DNA from: a virus
IMG/VR virus record: IMGVR_UViG_3300020020_000027
Coordinates: 11,157-75,156 of that record
Direction: 5' to 3' (one strand)
DNA length: 64,000 bases
In this document: positions 28,644-37,489 of the stretch, in pieces
Layout: each line of letters opens with the position of its first letter
Position numbering within the stretch: position 1 is the stretch's first letter
Made by a program: the position numbers and the translations under genes
Notes under the pieces: model-generated
The model's database searches: none
What the model was told of the DNA's origin: nothing
Seen by the model: the letters and a program-made list of their open reading frames with translations, nothing else

Positions 28644-30821
28644 TTACGCATTGTCTGGAATAAGACCAATAGCTGTCACTTGTGAAATGTCGGTTGCACC
28701 AATCACTTTCGAGGCCACAGTATTTGCCGCTACGTACTGGGTACCATCTACTCCATCAATGGTATAAGTGAGTGTGGCCCCACGGGTTCCAGATGGCGTG
28801 GTGACTAAAATACTGACCATTGACTGAGCCAGTGTGTCTTGATAGACATATGCACTGAATGCTCCACCCTCAATTTCCAATGCACTGTATGCTACAGCTA
28901 GTTGAGTAGCAAGTTCTGCTAGCGCCCACTGTATACCGACGTCAGGTGTAGCATCACCCGCGTTACCAAACTCAATCGCCAATGCATCAAGCTTGGCTTG
29001 AGTAACCACATAAGGACCGCTACCGCTACCCCTAAGCGTTCGGCACATCCAACGGTAAGTCGTGGTGTCAAATCCAGCATCAATGGCGTCGCCACCCATG
29101 GGATTAATCGTCACGCCATCATTGGCCTGAACTTGAAGGGATGCTGCTGAAGTACTTGCTGCCCAACCCAACGAATACATCCGAATACCTCGCCCGATGA
29201 CATTATTTGTCGCCATGGCATAAGTTTCCATCGGAATTTTACACAAGTTGCTGGCATTGACAGTAATTTGCGCAACACCATCGGCAGAAGCACCAATCAC
29301 TGGAGGTATTTCATCCACTGCGCTGATAGCACCAGCCGAAGTAAATGCTACCAACGTGCCACCGTTGCTGGTGTAAACGTTGAAGTTGGCACTAGTTCCG
29401 GTAGTTGTGGCAGTTCCGGCAGAATCTGGTCGCAACGGTCTGATGTTAACCAGACCCATTGGGAAACCCTTGCGGGCACTTGAAAAGAAAACATCGTCGT
29501 AATAGACGGTAGCCGTAGTACTTGTCTGCCAACCTAGTCTAAATCTAGTGACTTCGCCAGCAGACATGCCTGTATTAGTAGCTTGCGTTTGCGTTACTGG
29601 TAGTGTAGCGTCCAAACTGTCATAGTCAACTTGCCAATCACATATGTGTGTGGTGGTACGTGGATCATAAAGCAATTCGATGCCGATCCACTTATTGAAA
29701 GCGACTACCGCATTGGATACTACTTCAGTTCCCGTGCCGACTTTTACCCCAATTTTCTGGGTAGCCGTACGATACCAAACCTTAACGCTGTTTGCTGCTA
29801 TGCTGACTACCTCAACGGAAGCTAGCTCTACGTCCACTCCTGGCAGAGCGCCATCGAAATAAATAGCAAATGAGGGATTAGCTGCCAGCGGCGATCCGAA
29901 GCCTCCATCGAGGTTTTTGTCAAACCCATCAATCCAGGTAACACTTTCGGCAGCTGCACTGGAGGTGAGCTTAAGACTATAGGTCCCAGAGCGTTTAAAG
30001 GTAGAAACTACTTCAGGTGTACCCACCACCTCATCGAAGACAGGAAGATCACCAGCCGAACCAATTTGCGTCAAGGTGGTAGGCGTGCCGAATTCAAATC
30101 CGCACATCGCTCGGGCAATGGGAGCATATTTTCCTGTTGCGCTATAGAGGACGATCATAATGCTGTCGGTGGGAGATGATGGAGAAATGCTCGCCGTCAC
30201 ATTGAGTGGCGCAATTGACTGATAAGCTCTAACGGACACGGACATCCGAATGCCCCTAGTACCATTCGTCCGTGAGGGTGAAGCTATTTCTTGCCAGTTA
30301 TCAGTATGCCCATTGATATCAGGAATGGCTCCGGCAGCAGCAGAAGCCGAATGTAAGGCAATACCCAAAGCCTCGTATGAACCAGAGTCAGCCGAGGTTA
30401 GAGTTTGGGAGGCTACCAAAGAATAGACTGAAGACTCTTGGTAAGTCATGCTGACCCCAGCCAGTCCAGTGGTATCGGCATAAATTTCAAAGTCGACACT
30501 CTCTAGCTCAAGTGCCACCCACACCACTTGCTGCGGACCATTAACGGTTACCGTAAGAGTCCAAGGAGATTCAACACCAACATTGACCTTAGTGAAGACG
30601 AAAGGGTTCTGCCATGAATCCGAGCTTGCAAATCCTGTTTTTTCGAATCCAGTAATGTCAAGGTCAGTGGGAGTACCATCGCTCGACCCAGTGGCAGTAC
30701 CAGAGGCAAGTATCACCACCATATTTCCGGCAGTAGTACTTGCAGGCAATGATACTGATCCACTGGAGCCAGAAAAGTTACCGTTATTAATTTGAATAAT
30801 ACTATCTTGAGACAGCGGCAT
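28644..30821 (-). CDS. Large virion-associated protein, possible lectin-like domain
   Basis: Ser/Thr/Gly-rich, beta-rich; CGFEFG...RSGTYSL...YYDDV; within the structural operon. Confidence 0.65.
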   Translation of the reverse strand: MPLSQDSIIQINNGNFSGSSGSVSLPASTTAGNMVVILASGTATGSSDGTPTDLDITGFEKTGFASSDSWQNPFVFTKVNVGVESPWTLTVTVNGPQQVVWVALELESVDFEIYADTTGLAGVSMTYQESSVYSLVASQTLTSADSGSYEALGIALHSASAAAGAIPDINGHTDNWQEIASPSRTNGTRGIRMSVSVRAYQSIAPLNVTASISPSSPTDSIMIVLYSATGKYAPIARAMCGFEFGTPTTLTQIGSAGDLPVFDEVVGTPEVVSTFKRSGTYSLKLTSSAAAESVTWIDGFDKNLDGGFGSPLAANPSFAIYFDGALPGVDVELASVEVVSIAANSVKVWYRTATQKIGVKVGTGTEVVSNAVVAFNKWIGIELLYDPRTTTHICDWQVDYDSLDATLPVTQTQATNTGMSAGEVTRFRLGWQTSTTATVYYDDVFFSSARKGFPMGLVNIRPLRPDSAGTATTTGTSANFNVYTSNGGTLVAFTSAGAISAVDEIPPVIGASADGVAQITVNASNLCKIPMETYAMATNNVIGRGIRMYSLGWAASTSAASLQVQANDGVTINPMGGDAIDAGFDTTTYRWMCRTLRGSGSGPYVVTQAKLDALAIEFGNAGDATPDVGIQWALAELATQLAVAYSALEIEGGAFSAYVYQDTLAQSMVSILVTTPSGTRGATLTYTIDGVDGTQYVAANTVASKVIGATDISQVTAIGLIPDNA

Positions 30822-30830
30822 TGTCGCTCC

Positions 30831-31307
30831 CTACGAAGCTCGATAGAACCCACCCACGGCAATCTGTGCCGTTATGTCAGAACCATCCGGAGTCACGACA
30901 AAGTCATGCAATGTCATCGGAATTATGTTGGCGTCAGTACCAGCAGCAGAATCAGAGTCATAAGCAGTAACAAAATCGTTCCAGCCGTCACCTGCCACAA
31001 CTGCGGTCCACGTCTGATCTGGAATGTCGACATCTGTCCGGTCGTTGGTATCATCAACGGTAACGGTTATTCCGCCAGTGGCGTTGTCCAGAACTTTACG
31101 GGCATAACCAGAGTTGGTCACTTCGTTGGTGGTTCCAGCCACAAGTGCGGTAACTGTGTCCACATCAATCAAAGTGGCGTCGGCCTCGATTCCCGCTGTT
31201 GCCAAAATCAAAATAACGAAAACCGAGTTAGCCGGATCGTTGGCGTTGACCCGGCTACCAAACTCAGCCACACGACCTTTGGCTATGTTAAAAACTATAT
31301 TGGGCAT
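30831..31307 (-). CDS. Structural protein heading the fibre/decoration cassette
   Basis: NSGYARK...TPDGSDIT pattern; position in the structural operon. Confidence 0.6.
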   Translation of the reverse strand: MPNIVFNIAKGRVAEFGSRVNANDPANSVFVILILATAGIEADATLIDVDTVTALVAGTTNEVTNSGYARKVLDNATGGITVTVDDTNDRTDVDIPDQTWTAVVAGDGWNDFVTAYDSDSAAGTDANIIPMTLHDFVVTPDGSDITAQIAVGGFYRAS

Positions 31308-31814
31308 TTATTGACTCCCAACCGTACATATTACAAACACACCAACATCAAAAGTTGGAGCTGGAAGCGATCCCAAGTAACCATAGGTTACTTTCCAACC
31401 CACAGGAACTCCACTGTCCAGTAGAGGTTGTGATTCTTTCAAAAAGAACTGATTTGGATCATCCACTTGCAAGTCAGCCCCACCACCGGTAGCAAAGAGC
31501 CCAGACGAACAAGTCTTTTGTGCTACAAGCGAATACTTATTCGATTCAGTTACTGAAAACTGGACTACTTCACTGAATTGTTGGGTGCGCGGATACTGTT
31601 GCCAATTTAATGACGTGTATCCATTAGGACAAGACTCCGATGAGTCTATGACTATCAATTCGCCTTTATTTGGATGAGAATTTTTGTAGCATCCGTTAAT
31701 CGATCCATTAGTTCCTGGAATTGATGCCCAAGCAAAAGTCCCAACAGCTAGTGCAGAAAGTACACTAGATAAAATTATAACTGAACTTCTCTTTAAGCCT
31801 TTAACCATGGACAT
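31308..31814 (-). CDS. Predicted secreted protein
   Basis: Signal peptide (KR, hydrophobic core, AWA) then SIPGTNGSINGCY...LIVID...C...LNW. Confidence 0.65.
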   Translation of the reverse strand: MSMVKGLKRSSVIILSSVLSALAVGTFAWASIPGTNGSINGCYKNSHPNKGELIVIDSSESCPNGYTSLNWQQYPRTQQFSEVVQFSVTESNKYSLVAQKTCSSGLFATGGGADLQVDDPNQFFLKESQPLLDSGVPVGWKVTYGYLGSLPAPTFDVGVFVICTVGSQ

Positions 31815-32259
31815 TCACCAGCTCAAGCTCAAAGCACCAGTCCACTTCCCACTTACCTTCGGTTGTTTGGGTTTTGTCTGGTTGCTTGGTGACTTTGTAC
31901 ATGAAGTCTTTCTTCACCCAAGAGCCATCGTCATCTTCCAACACGTGAAAAACAACTTCGTCTGCCTGGTGGAAAGTATGAGTGGTTGACCAAGGATTGG
32001 TTTCCGGACCGCCAGGACGATGCACGGTACGGTGATTCACCCACGTTGCCCATCCCTCGGTGACGGCATTAGCCACATAATCCATGCTGATTTTATCTTT
32101 AGTGGGTGCCTTGTTCTCGAAACTCACTCCAAGAAGTGGCCAAGACTTTGGTTGATTATCCAATGGGTCAACCAAAATACGCTCACCAGTCATGGAATCA
32201 TAACGAGTGATTCGATTCGACCCATCACTATAATCAGCTAATTTTCTGAAAGTGAACAT
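31801..32259 (-). CDS. Hypothetical structural-region protein
   Basis: Coupled ORF in the late operon. Confidence 0.6.
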   Translation of the reverse strand: MFTFRKLADYSDGSNRITRYDSMTGERILVDPLDNQPKSWPLLGVSFENKAPTKDKISMDYVANAVTEGWATWVNHRTVHRPGGPETNPWSTTHTFHQADEVVFHVLEDDDGSWVKKDFMYKVTKQPDKTQTTEGKWEVDWCFELELVNVHG

Positions 32260-32265
32260 CCAAGC

Positions 32266-32799
32266 TCACGTCCTCTTGAAATAAGCATTAGTTTGCTTGG
32301 CTGTCGTAGCTTTTGCTATATTCGTCTGAGTTACTTTTGTGCTGCGATTCCTAAAACTAACGGCGTTATTCGCAGCTGGCAATGCACCAAGCGGAGTGAC
32401 TGCACCAGTATCTATGTACGAGTTAGTTGGTGCGGTAATTGTCGCAATAAACAATTCCGTTCCACCCGTACGACCATAGACTTTCCACGCGGTAGCAGTA
32501 GGAAACGAAGCCAAACCAGTAGCAAAGCTAATGGTATTCGACCCAGTAACACCTGAAGCCACCACTCCAGTCTTAGCCGTGGCAACTGGTGGAGACTCCA
32601 CACCATTTACTACCACCGACACTTTGTAGGAATACGTAGCCGCAGCCAAGGTTCCACCGGTCAGTGATGGAGTGACAGAAAAATCACCCGCTGCGGGCGC
32701 ACCACCCTGCACGCCAGTAACTACTACATCGGTAGTTTCCCCGGCCGCATTACGATACGTGACTGTATGAAACAGTTTCGAAGTCTTATTAGACATCAC
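32266..32799 (-). CDS. FN3/Ig-like domain protein
   Basis: GGTL...TYSYKV...WKVYGRTGGTELF...YIDTG; resembles the insert in the tail tube protein. Confidence 0.6.
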   Translation of the reverse strand: MMSNKTSKLFHTVTYRNAAGETTDVVVTGVQGGAPAAGDFSVTPSLTGGTLAAATYSYKVSVVVNGVESPPVATAKTGVVASGVTGSNTISFATGLASFPTATAWKVYGRTGGTELFIATITAPTNSYIDTGAVTPLGALPAANNAVSFRNRSTKVTQTNIAKATTAKQTNAYFKRT

Positions 32800-34067
32800 A
32801 CCACCTGCGCAATATTCTCTTGAGTACCAACTTCAATCGTGTACGAGTTACCACTTGCATCGATAACGTTCATATACTCGATTGATGCTCGCACCAAGTC
32901 GCCCTGACCAGAAAGACCTACTTCGTAGGTGTTCTTCACTGACACTGGAGCATTAACCTGGACGTAATTGGTAGCCGACTTCTCTCCCCGAATAAAAATA
33001 AGCTGAGCAGTAAGTGCCTTAAACGCATCAAACTCAGTACGGTTAAAGAAGTCACGCTCCATGGTAATGGTGCACTCACGCTCACCAAATTTTACATACT
33101 GAGCGCCACGACCAGTATCTTTCAGTCGGAACTGAGGCTCAGCATTGTCATTGACCATGAACTCGAACGTGTCGGTATCAAATACCTGCGTTCCAGCAAT
33201 ATTGACTTCATATTGTCCGGCACCAAACGGAACCGTGGTGGGGTAAACCGGGCTTGGTAGTGATTGAACAGATTCGTCACTACCAATAATACTCATGTTG
33301 AACATGAGCAAGCCATCACTGGGAGTGATGGTAAATGAGCTAAGCACACAACCTCTATAACCGAAAACTATTCCATTTCGCACTACCGTCAACGAGAGCG
33401 ATAAAACCGGGGTAGCGTTGGGCGTCGGGTCAAAAACGTAGACCTTGTCAGTAGTGCCTGTCTTTGTGGCCGAGACCCGCGACGCGAGGAGAAAGTAAAT
33501 TATTACATCCTCAAGTGCTTCCATTTCAATGTCGCCATTGACATGAACGTTACCCGGAACGGCACCAAGTACATCGACACTTTGTCTGATTGGACGACGC
33601 CAAACAGTTGCCTGATCGAACTTCAATGATTCCGAGTTGAACGGGAAGAACTTGGTCGGGGCAGTGTATGAGCCGTAATTAAGTGCACTATTGAAGGTAG
33701 GCAATGCACCCGATGGAGCACCTGGTGAAGTGTCTATATCCGTTATCACCAAGCCAACGGTTTTGTACAGCAATTCTGTACCAGTACCACCACCGGCTGC
33801 GGTCTTGTAAAGCTTATAACCAGTGGCACCTGTGACTGCCGCCCACGACACGGTCACAGTACTGGTGGCACCAGTGGTAATGATGGTTTGCTCATTGCTC
33901 CGCAGCGTTTGACCGGCTGCGTTTATTGCGGTTACAGCATAAATATATGTACCGGCAGTAATAGTTCCGCCGGAGGCAGCGGTAGCCAAAGCAGATTGCA
34001 CAGGTGGCGGCAAAACCTCAATGGCCAGACCCATGAATCCGCCGCCACCAATACCAGGTTGGGTCAT
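32796..34067 (-). CDS. Major tail (tube) protein with inserted FN3/Ig-like domain
   Basis: GFMGLAIE...YG.YTAPTKFFP..SESL, SLTVVR...YRGCVLSSF; synteny after the tail completion genes. Confidence 0.8.
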   Translation of the reverse strand: MTQPGIGGGGFMGLAIEVLPPPVQSALATAASGGTITAGTYIYAVTAINAAGQTLRSNEQTIITTGATSTVTVSWAAVTGATGYKLYKTAAGGGTGTELLYKTVGLVITDIDTSPGAPSGALPTFNSALNYGSYTAPTKFFPFNSESLKFDQATVWRRPIRQSVDVLGAVPGNVHVNGDIEMEALEDVIIYFLLASRVSATKTGTTDKVYVFDPTPNATPVLSLSLTVVRNGIVFGYRGCVLSSFTITPSDGLLMFNMSIIGSDESVQSLPSPVYPTTVPFGAGQYEVNIAGTQVFDTDTFEFMVNDNAEPQFRLKDTGRGAQYVKFGERECTITMERDFFNRTEFDAFKALTAQLIFIRGEKSATNYVQVNAPVSVKNTYEVGLSGQGDLVRASIEYMNVIDASGNSYTIEVGTQENIAQVV

Positions 34068-34080
34068 AGTTTAGCGCCTC

Positions 34081-34290
34081 CTATATTTTTAGTTCCTCAT
34101 CGTCTTCAAGGACGTGCAGAACCAAATTAACGCCAGCAGGAATTCCTATTTCACCGAACTTACACCGACGCTTAGCTTCTATCCGCACCATCTTGAAGTC
34201 GTCAATTATCAAAGGCTTTTTAGGTCCAACCAAGCCGAAATCTGGAATGGTTCCAACTTGGTCTGAGGTAATTACCGCAAAAAGCTGCAT
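34081..34290 (-). CDS. Hypothetical protein
   Basis: AGGTGAG RBS; in operon. Confidence 0.55.
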   Translation of the reverse strand: MQLFAVITSDQVGTIPDFGLVGPKKPLIIDDFKMVRIEAKRRCKFGEIGIPAGVNLVLHVLEDDEELKI

Positions 34291-34297
34291 ATCTCAC

Positions 34298-34750
34298 CTA
34301 CGGTATATCTGTTAGGTTAGTCTTGCTTTGTCCAACAAACGTCAATTGGGTAGCTCTAAACATTGATCCAGACCTGTACCTAAAGCCTGGATCCCACGAT
34401 TCAACAAATCCGTGGATAATGTTCCCACCCATTTCCGTGTCTTGATGCAAAAAATGTTCAATTGTTTCGGCTAGTACATCAGTTTCTAATGACTTCGTTC
34501 CTTCATCGCCTACGGTGTTGTTATATATGGTGACTAACACGGTCATACGATTTCTTGTCCCTGCTCCAGGAAACGCCACGCGCTGTAATGCCCGGTCTTT
34601 ACGACCAGCCATTACCACGACAGTTTTGCCTGGAGGAAGCTCGTTCTGTTCGCCATATAAAACATTATCAACACCTAAAACCACTTTATTGGTATTAATT
34701 TGACTCAATATGTACTGAGCTAGAACGGTGGTTTTGTCCGTGTGGGGCAT
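34298..34750 (-). CDS. Putative tail terminator
   Basis: Size and synteny upstream of the tail tube; GGAGG RBS. Confidence 0.6.
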   Translation of the reverse strand: MPHTDKTTVLAQYILSQINTNKVVLGVDNVLYGEQNELPPGKTVVVMAGRKDRALQRVAFPGAGTRNRMTVLVTIYNNTVGDEGTKSLETDVLAETIEHFLHQDTEMGGNIIHGFVESWDPGFRYRSGSMFRATQLTFVGQSKTNLTDIP

Positions 34751-34758
34751 GCCACCTC

Positions 34759-35316
34759 CTAGAATTCTTTATGCTCGAACGGCCAAAAGTCTTTTTTACT
34801 AGTCACTTGACGAATCCATGAATCAAATATAACTACGATATGCTCAATGTCTTTTTCTTGAAGCAAGGCAAATTGTCGTCTGGGCACATGCTTGGTTCCT
34901 TGCTGATGATATTTGGCATATGGAATTATCTTATCTAACGCTTCCATATCAGCCGAGTCGCGAGTAATTCTCCATATATGACGGGACTGAGCAGAATCTG
35001 ATAGTCTTTCAGTCACACCAAGCAAGGGATAAATTACGTAAGAATAAGACATTCCAGACTTAAGCTTTTTGTTTAATGTTTCAAAGGTAAGTGGTGGCCA
35101 GGCAGGACGGCCCATAACGTCGAAATTAACTGCTATTGAATTCATAATAACAATTCTTACTGACTGGGTCAGCGGCCAGGTCATATCACCAAACTGTCTG
35201 GCCATTCTAAAAGTACTAGTTTTCAGCAAATCTGCATTTATTAGGAATGGTTTAATATCAATTTCTATCGGAAAGTTTGGGATACGAAATCCCGAACCGG
35301 CCATGATAGTAGGCAT
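34759..35316 (-). CDS. Virion morphogenesis / tail completion protein (Mu gpG-like)
   Basis: GRPAWPPL..ET...YAKYHQQGT.HVPRRQF signature. Confidence 0.75.
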   Translation of the reverse strand: MPTIMAGSGFRIPNFPIEIDIKPFLINADLLKTSTFRMARQFGDMTWPLTQSVRIVIMNSIAVNFDVMGRPAWPPLTFETLNKKLKSGMSYSYVIYPLLGVTERLSDSAQSRHIWRITRDSADMEALDKIIPYAKYHQQGTKHVPRRQFALLQEKDIEHIVVIFDSWIRQVTSKKDFWPFEHKEF

Positions 35317-35765
35317 CAGAACCTACTTCCCAAACTAAAATATGGTCCACCCAGCGACGGATCAGCCGGAGTCGGCTCCTGCGCAGAACTGGCATCATTC
35401 GGATAATAACTGGATACATCAAAACTAGGCACGGGCACTTCAGGGATGACAATTGTTCTCTCTAAAAGTGCCATTACTACGGCGTCGGCATTATCACATA
35501 GTCGCTTGGCATAGTCATTACCTTCATCTTGATTCTCACTGTAGAATCGATCCATTATCCATGATGCATAATATTTAGAAATAATCGTACGAATTAGTTT
35601 AGGTGTATTTCCACTAGTGGTCCAACCGGATACATTATACACCACTGAAATTTTAGCTAGTGTTTCTTCTTCTAAATGGGCAAGGAGTTCAGTGTCAATG
35701 CTGGCAAGGGTAAGCTTGACTGGGTCAAGCCACCCTTGAATCTCAGGTAACGTCACCCTTGCCAC
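35316..35765 (-). CDS. Head-to-tail adaptor
   Basis: TPKLIRTI...FSLGSRF; synteny after the capsid gene. Confidence 0.65.
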   Translation of the reverse strand: MARVTLPEIQGWLDPVKLTLASIDTELLAHLEEETLAKISVVYNVSGWTTSGNTPKLIRTIISKYYASWIMDRFYSENQDEGNDYAKRLCDNADAVVMALLERTIVIPEVPVPSFDVSSYYPNDASSAQEPTPADPSLGGPYFSLGSRF

Positions 35766-35772
35766 AATTTAC

Positions 35773-36084
35773 CTACTTCTTGTCCTTAGTTTGTCCAAGC
35801 GCAGCTTCTTTGGCCGCTGCTTCCTCTTTAGCTGCCGCAGCTTCTTTCTTTGCTAAAGCCTCTTTTTCCTTCTCGGTCAACTCAGCGGTCTCGCGCTCAA
35901 AGTCGTCCATTGTTGGCTCTGTCTCTTCCTGCTTTGGCTTGCTGTCCTCAATCTTCACCGCTCCCCGCTCGTAGAGCCGGGTAAGTTGCTCTTTAGTGAA
36001 CTGCTTAGGATCAATCACATCACCGGTCTTAATCAGCTCGGTGTTGTGGTTGATATCCATTGCTGCCACAACTCGCTTAGCCAT
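35773..36084 (-). CDS. Hypothetical head-associated protein
   Basis: GAGG RBS; LYERGAV plus Ala/Lys/Glu tail; follows the MCP. Confidence 0.6.
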   Translation of the reverse strand: MAKRVVAAMDINHNTELIKTGDVIDPKQFTKEQLTRLYERGAVKIEDSKPKQEETEPTMDDFERETAELTEKEKEALAKKEAAAAKEEAAAKEAALGQTKDKK

Positions 36085-36098
36085 AAAACAACCTCACA

Positions 36099-37058
36099 TT
36101 AGACGTTAGTGGCGTCCAGGATCACGTAACCGGCAATCTGCTTGTCGGAAGCGTCCAGCGCGGTCATCTTGTGATCATAGGAACGCGAAACCCGAATCAC
36201 GTCACTCTTGCGGGGGTTTTCCCGCCACCGGTCAACAACCTGACCATTCCAGACAAATTCGTACCCAAAAGCAGGAAGCTTCAAACCTGGACGAGAAGGC
36301 ACGTAGGCCATCAGTACGTCATTGCCCCACAAATAAGCCAGAGACTCTGCCTGACCAAGAGGAGCCGAGTTAATTCCTGCACCAGGAACGATAACAGACT
36401 GGAAACCCAACACCGCAGCAAGCAATTCCTGCGAGAAAATCGCTCGCTCAGAGTACTTAATGCGCTCAAGGAAGTCCGGGTGATCTTCTAGAATCGACAT
36501 TGAGGTGTACGGCACCAGCAAAACATTCGGCTCTAGGAAAATCTTCGAGTGAATTGCGCGCTTGCCCACCCGAAGGTTAGAAATAGGGTCAGAGTTAGTG
36601 TAGTCATTCCACTGTGAAGTACCCGAGAGGGTCACAGTGTTACCTGAAGCGTAGTTAGCCGCAGTCGTCACCAAGGTCTGTATGATTCGCTCACGTCCAA
36701 GCATTATCTTGGAGGTGATAATCTCAGTTCCGTCTCGGTCTGGAGCCAATGGAGAGTCAGCATTTCTCCGCTCTTCGTCGGTAACATAAATCTGCAAAGC
36801 ATGCTCAATACAGAAATATGTATCCGTCGAAACGGTAGCGCCAGTAACCTCACGTGCGACAGCACCAGGAGCGCGAACATCGTCCTCAGGCAGCCAACCT
36901 TCACGGCCGAAGGTGTAATACTTATCGGATTGTTTTTGGACATTCAGTGCCGGAAACAGGCGGTCGCCGACCATCCCGTTATTTGGCCACCCAATGCTTA
37001 TCTGAGTAAGTACTTGATCAACATGCACTTCCCCAGATCCACTTGGACTGTAGACCAT
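36099..37058 (-). CDS. Major capsid protein
   Basis: VDQVLTQISIG...RLFP...PGA, TLSGTSQW..SDPI, PAFGY and AGYVI motifs; AGGAG RBS. Confidence 0.88.
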   Translation of the reverse strand: MVYSPSGSGEVHVDQVLTQISIGWPNNGMVGDRLFPALNVQKQSDKYYTFGREGWLPEDDVRAPGAVAREVTGATVSTDTYFCIEHALQIYVTDEERRNADSPLAPDRDGTEIITSKIMLGRERIIQTLVTTAANYASGNTVTLSGTSQWNDYTNSDPISNLRVGKRAIHSKIFLEPNVLLVPYTSMSILEDHPDFLERIKYSERAIFSQELLAAVLGFQSVIVPGAGINSAPLGQAESLAYLWGNDVLMAYVPSRPGLKLPAFGYEFVWNGQVVDRWRENPRKSDVIRVSRSYDHKMTALDASDKQIAGYVILDATNV

Positions 37059-37088
37059 GTAAAGCTCCTAAAAGTAGCTAGTATTAGA

Positions 37089-37478
37089 TTAGGAGACCCA
37101 CTTGACGCCTGGCGTAAGTAGAACATCAATAATTGCCCCGGCCGTACCGGTCTGTAGTGCCACACCAGCGACAAAGTTACCCGCAGCAGTACCCAAAATC
37201 GCTTTGCCATCAACTCCGGAAACCAGCCGGTCGCCTGGAGCTGCACCACCAGTGCCAAGAGTTACCGGCGCAATACCCTGAAGACGAACCGCAACTACTC
37301 CGCCCTCGACAACCTTGGACGCATCCATGTTGTCCATGACCACACCAAGGCAAAACTGAGCCAACGTCGGGGTGAGGTCAATGTGGTTTTGGGTAGTTCC
37401 AATGGCACAGAAGCGATACTGGATCGCAGCAGCCACTCCCTCTGGAATACGGCCAACATCTAGAATAAAATTAGCCAT
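37089..37478 (-). CDS. Capsid decoration/cement protein (DUF2190-like)
   Basis: Gly/Val-rich, G.APV..G..L.S..DGKAI...GVAL...G.IIDVLL; lies between protease and MCP. Confidence 0.75.
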   Translation of the reverse strand: MANFILDVGRIPEGVAAAIQYRFCAIGTTQNHIDLTPTLAQFCLGVVMDNMDASKVVEGGVVAVRLQGIAPVTLGTGGAAPGDRLVSGVDGKAILGTAAGNFVAGVALQTGTAGAIIDVLLTPGVKWVS

Positions 37479-37489
37479 GTGTCACTCCC

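Noticed and set aside
23474-31424. Long + strand ORFs (23474-24349, 27263-28174, 30792-31424)
   Set aside because: They are antisense shadows of well-supported structural genes and have no recognisable motifs.
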